A model generated the notes under the pieces. That model had not been told where the DNA came from. It did not search any database and saw only the letters and a program-made list of their open reading frames with translations. This document shows positions 57,897-64,000 of a stretch of DNA of 64,000 nt, in pieces. The stretch is from positions 7,274-71,273 of the forward strand of contig SIBU01000002.1 in the NCBI GenBank assembly GCA_009695005.1, given 5' to 3'. Position 1 is the stretch's first letter; every line of letters starts with the position of its first letter. Source of the stretch: Candidatus Tayloriibacteriota bacterium. GTDB lineage: Bacteria > Patescibacteriota > Minisyncoccia > Phycocordibacterales > SIBU01. The position numbers were made by a program, and so were the translations under genes.

Positions 57897-60395
57897 ATGC
57901 TTTTTACATTAAAAAAATTATTCGGAGATGGAAATGAGGCTAAAATAAAGGTTTTTTTACCGATAGTAGCAAAAATTAGCGCATTAGAAGCCTCAATTAA
58001 AGCTCTTTCTGACGATGCTTTAGCGGGCCGAACAAAATTTTTTAGAGAAGAATTGGCAGAAGGCAAGACTTTCGAGGATATTTTACCTGAGGCATTTGCT
58101 GTGGTTCGCGAGGCTTCAAGACGCACTTTGGGCCAGCGTCACTTTGATGTTCAACTTCTGGGTGGAATTATTTTACATAAAGGAAATATTGCAGAAATGA
58201 GAACTGGAGAAGGTAAAACTTTGGTGGCTACTTTGCCTGCCTATTTGAACGCTTTGGGTGGTAAGGGCGTTCATGTTGTAACCGTCAACGATTATCTTTC
58301 TCGCCGAGATGCTGCTTGGATGGGGCAGATTTATTCTTTTCTGGGATTGTCAGTTGGAATTGTTAATCATGAAAGTTCATTTATTTATGATCCAAAACAT
58401 ACAGAGGTAGATCAGGATCGGGATGAAGTAGGTTCATTTAAAGTGCACCACGAATTTTTGCGGCCGGTTAGCCGACGGGAGGCGTATCACGCGGATATTA
58501 CCTATGGTACCAACAATGAATTTGGATTTGATTATTTACGAGACAATATTTCGTATGAAGAAAGAGAACTGCGCCAGCGCGATTTTAATTTTGCCATCGT
58601 CGACGAGGTAGACTCGATTCTTATCGATGAGGCAAGAACACCTCTTATTATTTCTGCTGCCACAGTTGATTCTGAGGATCTTTATGCTACTTTTGCAAAA
58701 ATCGCCACCACTCTTAAACGAGATGTGGATTTTAAGGTAGATGAAAAGATGCACGCTATAACATTGACAGACAGTGGTATTGAAAAGGCTGAGCAAGAAC
58801 TTGGGGTGGACAATATATACACCGAAAAAGGAATGAAATATGTTCATCATTTAGAAACTGCAGTTAAGGCAAAAGCTCTCTATGAAAGAGATCGGTCTTA
58901 TGTGGTAAAGGAAGATCAGGTGATTATTGTGGATGAATTTACCGGCAGGCTTCAGCCTGGACGAAGATGGAGTGAGGGCTTGCATCAAGCTGTTGAGGCC
59001 AAGGAGGGGGTTGCGGTACAAAAGGAGTCCCGCACTATGGCTTCCATTACTTTCCAGAACTATTTCAGGCTTTACAAGAAGCTGTCTGGCATGACGGGTA
59101 CCGCTAAAACCTCATCTGAGGAATTTTACAAAGTTTACGGTACGGACACTTTGGTGGTACCGACAAACAAACCCATTAACCGTCGTGATGGTAATGATCA
59201 GATTTTTCAAACAGAAATAGGGAAATTTAAGGCTATAGCTCGAAAGGTAAAAGATTTGCACGCCAAAGGACAGCCGGTTTTAATAGGTACGGTTTCGATT
59301 GAAAAAAATGAATTACTGAGCGAATATCTAAAGAGTGAAGGCGTGCCACATGAAATTCTTAACGCTAAAAATCATGAACGTGAAGGTGAAATTATTGCTC
59401 AGGCCGGACGAAAAGGAGCTGTAACTATTGCCACTAACATGGCGGGTAGAGGTGTAGATATTAAGTTGGGCGGTAATCCATCAACCGACGTTATTTCGGA
59501 GGAAGTGAAAATTTGCGGTGGACTTTTTGTGCTTGGTACTGAAAGGCATGAGGCCAGGAGAATTGATAACCAACTTCGCGGTCGTTCCGGAAGACAAGGT
59601 GATCCTGGTTCAACACAGTTTTTTGTTTCGTTGGAGGATACTTTGATGCGTGTTTTTGCTTCGGACATGATTAAGAATATGATGGGTCGTTTCGGCATTC
59701 CGGAAGATCAGCCAATTGAGAATCGTCTTATTACTCGTTCTCTAGAAACAGCACAGACAAAAATTGAAGGTTTTAATTTTGACGCTCGCAAACATGTTTT
59801 GGAATACGATGATGTATTGAATCATCAACGCACGGTTATTTACGCCAGACGCCGAAAGATTTTACTTGGAACAGTTGAAGAAATTGAAGAAATTCTTTCT
59901 GACATGTCGGAAGGGGACGAAGAGGTGATTAAAATAATCGAGAGTAAAAGAAAAGAAGTGGGAGAGGATGAATTTTTCCGCAATCTTCGTCGTTTAATGC
60001 TTCAGGCCGTAGATACTTTTTGGATTGAACATCTAGAAATTATGGATTACATGAGAGGTTCAGTTAACCTTCGTGCTTACGGTCAGCGTGATCCGTTGGT
60101 GGAATATAAAAAAGAAGGATTGCGTCTCTTTAAGGAAATGGAAGCTGCCGCCTCAAGTCAGATTATTCGTCTTATTCCTGCAATTGCTTCAAATGTAGCT
60201 ATTTTTAAGGAAGAAAAACGTCGATTAGCAGAGGTGCATGAGCAAGCTCAAAGTATAGGTAGTGGTGATGTTGAATCGAACAAACAGCACAATGCTCATG
60301 ATGTGCCAGCAATTTCTTCAGCATCTAAGGTGGGTAGAAATGATATTTGTCCTTGTGGGTCAGGGAAGAAGTACAAGAAGTGTCATGGAGCATAA
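57897..60395 (+). CDS. secA: Preprotein translocase subunit SecA
   Basis: [47 protein letters not shown] motif [13 protein letters not shown]. Start is 57897 or 57891. Confidence 0.98.
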   Translation: MLFTLKKLFGDGNEAKIKVFLPIVAKISALEASIKALSDDALAGRTKFFREELAEGKTFEDILPEAFAVVREASRRTLGQRHFDVQLLGGIILHKGNIAEMRTGEGKTLVATLPAYLNALGGKGVHVVTVNDYLSRRDAAWMGQIYSFLGLSVGIVNHESSFIYDPKHTEVDQDRDEVGSFKVHHEFLRPVSRREAYHADITYGTNNEFGFDYLRDNISYEERELRQRDFNFAIVDEVDSILIDEARTPLIISAATVDSEDLYATFAKIATTLKRDVDFKVDEKMHAITLTDSGIEKAEQELGVDNIYTEKGMKYVHHLETAVKAKALYERDRSYVVKEDQVIIVDEFTGRLQPGRRWSEGLHQAVEAKEGVAVQKESRTMASITFQNYFRLYKKLSGMTGTAKTSSEEFYKVYGTDTLVVPTNKPINRRDGNDQIFQTEIGKFKAIARKVKDLHAKGQPVLIGTVSIEKNELLSEYLKSEGVPHEILNAKNHEREGEIIAQAGRKGAVTIATNMAGRGVDIKLGGNPSTDVISEEVKICGGLFVLGTERHEARRIDNQLRGRSGRQGDPGSTQFFVSLEDTLMRVFASDMIKNMMGRFGIPEDQPIENRLITRSLETAQTKIEGFNFDARKHVLEYDDVLNHQRTVIYARRRKILLGTVEEIEEILSDMSEGDEEVIKIIESKRKEVGEDEFFRNLRRLMLQAVDTFWIEHLEIMDYMRGSVNLRAYGQRDPLVEYKKEGLRLFKEMEAAASSQIIRLIPAIASNVAIFKEEKRRLAEVHEQAQSIGSGDVESNKQHNAHDVPAISSASKVGRNDICPCGSGKKYKKCHGA

Positions 60396-60560
60396 CAAGC
60401 TATGAGAATTTATGTAACCTCATCTTTTGGAGAAAGTAAGTAGTCGAGTATGCTGTAATAGAAGATATTTCTAATGGACTCAAAAAGCTTTGATTAGGAT
60501 ATGTTGTGAGTAAGTACTTTTTAGGTAGTAAAGAGTAAATTTCTCTCAAATAAAAATATT

Positions 60561-61022
60561 ATGCCGCACATACATGAAAAAATTGATTTTACTGTAGAAG
60601 TTTTTATTGTTCACAAGGACCGAGTACTTCTTCGGATGCATGACAAGTATAAGAAGTGGCTTTCGGTCGGCGGACATATTGAACTGTACGAGGATCCGAT
60701 AGAAGCTGCAGTCAGGGAGGTGAAGGAGGAAGTTGGGCTTGATATTGAGCTAGTCGGTAGTCAAAAAATCTTTGAGGGAGTTGACCACACAATAGAGCTT
60801 CTACCACCGATTGCCTTAAATAGAAATCGTGTATCTCCGACACACGAACATGTCACTTTTGTATATTTTGCCCGTACCGATAAAACGGAAATAAAGGCAC
60901 AATATGAAGATGATAAAAGTGAGGAATGCAGATGGTGTACTGAAAAAGATTTGTCGGAGATGGATCTTTGGCCAAACGTCAAGGCTTACGCATTGGAAGC
61001 GCTTCATCGCTTAGGAAAATAA
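60561..61022 (+). CDS. Nudix hydrolase
   Basis: GGHIELYEDPIEAAVREVKEEVG is a canonical Nudix box. Confidence 0.9.
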   Translation: MPHIHEKIDFTVEVFIVHKDRVLLRMHDKYKKWLSVGGHIELYEDPIEAAVREVKEEVGLDIELVGSQKIFEGVDHTIELLPPIALNRNRVSPTHEHVTFVYFARTDKTEIKAQYEDDKSEECRWCTEKDLSEMDLWPNVKAYALEALHRLGK

Positions 61023-61028
61023 TCTTTT

Positions 61029-61661
61029 ATGCCAAAATCTGTTTGGGATACAATTTACAAAGATTATGAAAAAGACGGAAAGGCTTGGGCGAGTTTGAAA
61101 GACGGCATCCACCCGTTATTTATTAGTTTTCTTAAACAAAGTAAGTTCGGCAGGAAGTCGGTATTTGATTTGGGTTGTGGTAATGGGAAGTATTTAGAAT
61201 TTTTACAAAAAGTGGGTTTTGAGGTTTCGGGTATTGATTCTAGTCCAACTGCAATTAGAATGGCACAAAAGAGTTTGGGGAAAAATGTAAAACTTAAAAT
61301 TGCCGATATGTATCTATGTGAAATTCCTGAAGGTATTGATTTGATAATTTCCATTGCAGCAATCCAACATCACACTAAGCCAGCAATAGCAAAGCTTGTT
61401 TCAAGGGTATATAAATCTTTATCGTTAGAGGGAAATTTTTTTATCACTTTTCCACGTCTGAGTATGGCTAGCCGTTGGAATACTTTTAAAGATGCAAAAC
61501 AAATTGCTCCAGGCACGTTTGTCCCCATTCATGGTCCTGAAAAGGGATTGGTGCACAGTTTTTACGAAAAAGAAGAATTGGCAAAACTTTTCTCTAATTT
61601 CGAAAACGTCAAAATTATTAAAGACGACATGGGTAGGTGGGTAGTACAAGGGAAAAAATGA
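61029..61661 (+). CDS. Class I SAM-dependent methyltransferase
   Basis: FDLGCGNGK, GIDSS, GPEKGLVHSF. Confidence 0.85.
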   Translation: MPKSVWDTIYKDYEKDGKAWASLKDGIHPLFISFLKQSKFGRKSVFDLGCGNGKYLEFLQKVGFEVSGIDSSPTAIRMAQKSLGKNVKLKIADMYLCEIPEGIDLIISIAAIQHHTKPAIAKLVSRVYKSLSLEGNFFITFPRLSMASRWNTFKDAKQIAPGTFVPIHGPEKGLVHSFYEKEELAKLFSNFENVKIIKDDMGRWVVQGKK

Positions 61662-62239
61662 TTCATTCCAAAATTCTCAAGAATGTTGGAATAGACGTAA
61701 ATTATATGAATAATAAAAGTTACCAGATTGGTTCAGAAGTCACAGTGAAGGAGTCTCTGGTACAGGGAAAAGGAGTTTTTGCTTTGCGTGATTTTAAAAA
61801 GGATGAGCTGGTTTATGTTGTCCCAAGAGGAAGATTTGTTAAAAAAAGTGAGGTGAAAGGCCTATCAGAATATGAAAAAGAGCATTTGGACCGTGTGGAT
61901 GTAGACACTTATGAATTAATGCAGGAGCCCGCTTGCTTTATAAATCATTCCTGCGAGCCGAATATTATAGAAAAGTTAATGCCAAAGGGGATTGAGGGTT
62001 ATGCGTTTCGAAATATTAAAAATGGAGAGGAGGTCGGTGTTGATTATCGGGTACGAGGTTTTGATGATTGGAAAATGAATTGCAAGTGTGGATCAAAATT
62101 TTGCACGGGTATTGTAATTGGTAATTTTTTCACACTTTCTTTAAAACTTCAGAAAAAATATTTGCCGTTTGCTCCAAAGTTCATCCAAGAAGAATTTGAG
62201 AAAAAGAAAAAAGCGAGGTGTAAAACACCCCGCTTTTAA
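61658..62239 (+). CDS. SET-domain protein with a post-SET Cys motif
   Basis: GKGVFA, FINHSCEPN, IKNGEEVGVDY, CKCGSKFC. ATGA overlap with the upstream stop. Confidence 0.85.
   Translation: MIHSKILKNVGIDVNYMNNKSYQIGSEVTVKESLVQGKGVFALRDFKKDELVYVVPRGRFVKKSEVKGLSEYEKEHLDRVDVDTYELMQEPACFINHSCEPNIIEKLMPKGIEGYAFRNIKNGEEVGVDYRVRGFDDWKMNCKCGSKFCTGIVIGNFFTLSLKLQKKYLPFAPKFIQEEFEKKKKARCKTPRF
62207..62237 (-). terminator. Intrinsic terminator of the ABC gene, lying inside the 3' end of the SET gene
   Basis: aaaagcgaggtg-taaaa-caccccgctttt, with a long T tail on the minus strand. Confidence 0.65.
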
Positions 62240-62241
62240 GG

Positions 62242-64000
62242 TCATTCGATTTCTAGGTCTTGATCATCTGCCATTCTCCTGAATGTTGGCGATATGTCAT
62301 GAAGTTCGCGAAACGAATTTGCTATCGCTTCGATTTTTCCTCCAGAAAGAACAACAATCTTGTTAGCTCTCCTAACCGTCGATAGTCGGTGAGCGATGAC
62401 AAGTGTTCCAACTCCCTTGAGCAGTTCATCCAGACCAACCAATACCGCTTTTTCGGTAGTGGAGTCAAGCGAACTTGTGGCTTCGTCAATAATCATGAAT
62501 CGCGGTTTTTTTAGTACCGCCGCTCCGATCATCAAACGCTGTGCTTGTCCGCCGGAGAGTTTCACCCCGTCGCGTCCGACCACGATGTCGAGCGGATTTT
62601 CCCCAATCGGTCGTTTGCCGAAATCAATACAAAGTTTATTGAGTAGTGTTTTCAGATCCGATTCCGTGTTTCTGGTCGTTAACTCTTCCTTCGTGAGTCC
62701 ATATAAAAGATTGTCTTTTACAGTACCGTCAAGGATTTGTGAGTGTTGAGGAATGTATCCTACAGCTTTCATCCAGGAACTAGTTTTGATATCCCGAAGG
62801 TTTTGACCATTGATCGTAATGTTTCCTTCATCTGGATCCATGAAGCGCATAGCCAGGGCTTCGAGGGTGGATTTACCCGATCCCGAAGGTCCGACCAGTG
62901 CTACAATTTCTCCGAAGCCTACCTCAAAACTTACTTCTCGAAGAACAGGTTCTCCTTTTGGATAGGAATGAGATATTTTATTGAAGGCTAGTTTTACTCC
63001 GCCGTTTAGTATAAGTGCTTTTGCATTTTTACTCTCGATTACATTTGTCGGTTTTTCGAGAATATTCATGATTGCCTTAAGTTTCGGCATGTGCCTTCGC
63101 ATTTCTCGCTCAAGCCAGCCTAAACGTTCCAAGTTACCTCGAACAACTGAACTCCAAATCCAAATTGGAAATAAAATTCCGAATTCTTTACCTGAAGTTT
63201 TTGAAGTAAGGATTGAATAAGTGATTAACGCGAATACTGCAATTGTCCAAAGTGATGTAAGACTTTCTCTTAATGTTGAAGAAGCATTTTCCCACAACCA
63301 AAAGTCTCGATCTCGTTCACAAAGCAGTTTCTGCTGAGCTTTGATAGTTTCAATTTCCTCATCTTTTTTTGCTGAGGTTGAAACCCTTTCGACATTTTGC
63401 CAACGTGCGGCAATATATCGGTCTAGCGCTCGAAAATCATCATCTAGCGCCGCGCATTCCACTTCAAGTCGCCAATTGTTATAGGCACTCCAAAGAATGT
63501 GAATGATGACAATGGTAATCATGGCTAGCCCCGCCTTAGGATAGAGCAAGGTTAAATACACAAGAGCCATTGTCAGAAGACAAATCACTTCGAAAGTATC
63601 CGTAGACTTGTTTGTAAGAAGATCTTGGGCGCTTTCTCTGGATCGCCCTAAGCTTTCGTGATTTAAGTCCTTTTCTTCACGGTGCTGGTTTTGAGATTTC
63701 CCAAAAAATCTTTCTGTTATACCGACAACTATAGATACTTTGTTCATCCCCCAAATCCACTCATGTGCTCTGGTTGACTGCCATCTCATTACTCGGCCAA
63801 ATAGCTCAAGACTGATTAGTATTAGAAAAAGATAAATAATTCTTTCTCTTTTACCTCCAGTTACATCTGCTATCAGAACGCCTACGATTCCTGGTTCAGC
63901 AAGACTGGCCGCCATCATAAGAAGGATTGTAACGTATCTCCATGCCATCCAACGTCTCCATTTTTCGTGATTGGCTATCGATATAAGCCAGTTCCAAATT
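62242..64000 (-). CDS. ABC exporter (fused permease and ATPase), 5'-partial
   Basis: GPSGSGKST, LSGGQAQRL, IIDEATSSLD, IAHRLST. Frame stays open to the window edge. Confidence 0.9.
   Translation of the reverse strand, partial: IWNWLISIANHEKWRRWMAWRYVTILLMMAASLAEPGIVGVLIADVTGGKRERIIYLFLILISLELFGRVMRWQSTRAHEWIWGMNKVSIVVGITERFFGKSQNQHREEKDLNHESLGRSRESAQDLLTNKSTDTFEVICLLTMALVYLTLLYPKAGLAMITIVIIHILWSAYNNWRLEVECAALDDDFRALDRYIAARWQNVERVSTSAKKDEEIETIKAQQKLLCERDRDFWLWENASSTLRESLTSLWTIAVFALITYSILTSKTSGKEFGILFPIWIWSSVVRGNLERLGWLEREMRRHMPKLKAIMNILEKPTNVIESKNAKALILNGGVKLAFNKISHSYPKGEPVLREVSFEVGFGEIVALVGPSGSGKSTLEALAMRFMDPDEGNITINGQNLRDIKTSSWMKAVGYIPQHSQILDGTVKDNLLYGLTKEELTTRNTESDLKTLLNKLCIDFGKRPIGENPLDIVVGRDGVKLSGGQAQRLMIGAAVLKKPRFMIIDEATSSLDSTTEKAVLVGLDELLKGVGTLVIAHRLSTVRRANKIVVLSGGKIEAIANSFRELHDISPTFRRMADDQDLEIE

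Noticed and set aside
1-64000. CRISPR arrays, rRNA, IS elements and phase-variable homopolymer tracts
   Set aside because: No repeat-spacer arrays or transposases were seen. The A/T runs of 7-8 nt are expected at this AT content and do not disrupt genes.

Overview
AT-rich bacterial DNA (standard code 11; TGA is used as a stop). Gene content suggests a Patescibacteria/CPR (Parcubacteria-like) genome, which is an inference: compact SecA, O-antigen-ligase/TPR fusion, DUF1189, few Shine-Dalgarno (SD) sites. About 55 kb (1-55.6 kb) is one large, strand-scrambled surface-glycan locus. It holds about 15 glycosyltransferases (GT2, GT4, GT10, GT11, NodZ/GT23-like, GT39-like, GT87, Maf-like), Wzm/Wzt, a WaaL-like ligase and six methyltransferase domains. 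Its nucleotide-sugar genes cover GDP-fucose/colitose, dTDP-deoxy, amino and branched sugars, GDP-heptose and a CMP-nonulosonate. Housekeeping genes follow (murB, secA), then Nudix, methyltransferase, SET and ABC genes. Most notable: (i) two gene-expression architectures coexist, with resident genes apparently leaderless (-10 box 6-8 nt before ATG) and interspersed stand-alone cassettes carrying -35/-10, a structured leader, SD and their own terminator; (ii) a BldC/Xis-like HTH gene heads the main operon, with three 10-bp-period direct repeats over divergent promoters; (iii) a barrel-only pyruvate kinase; (iv) antibiotic-type deoxysugar enzymes; (v) an animal-type GDP-fucose synthase beside a bacterial-type one; (vi) decayed gene relics. 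No rRNA, tRNA, CRISPR, integrase or transposase was seen. All calls come from motif recognition by eye; no searches were run.
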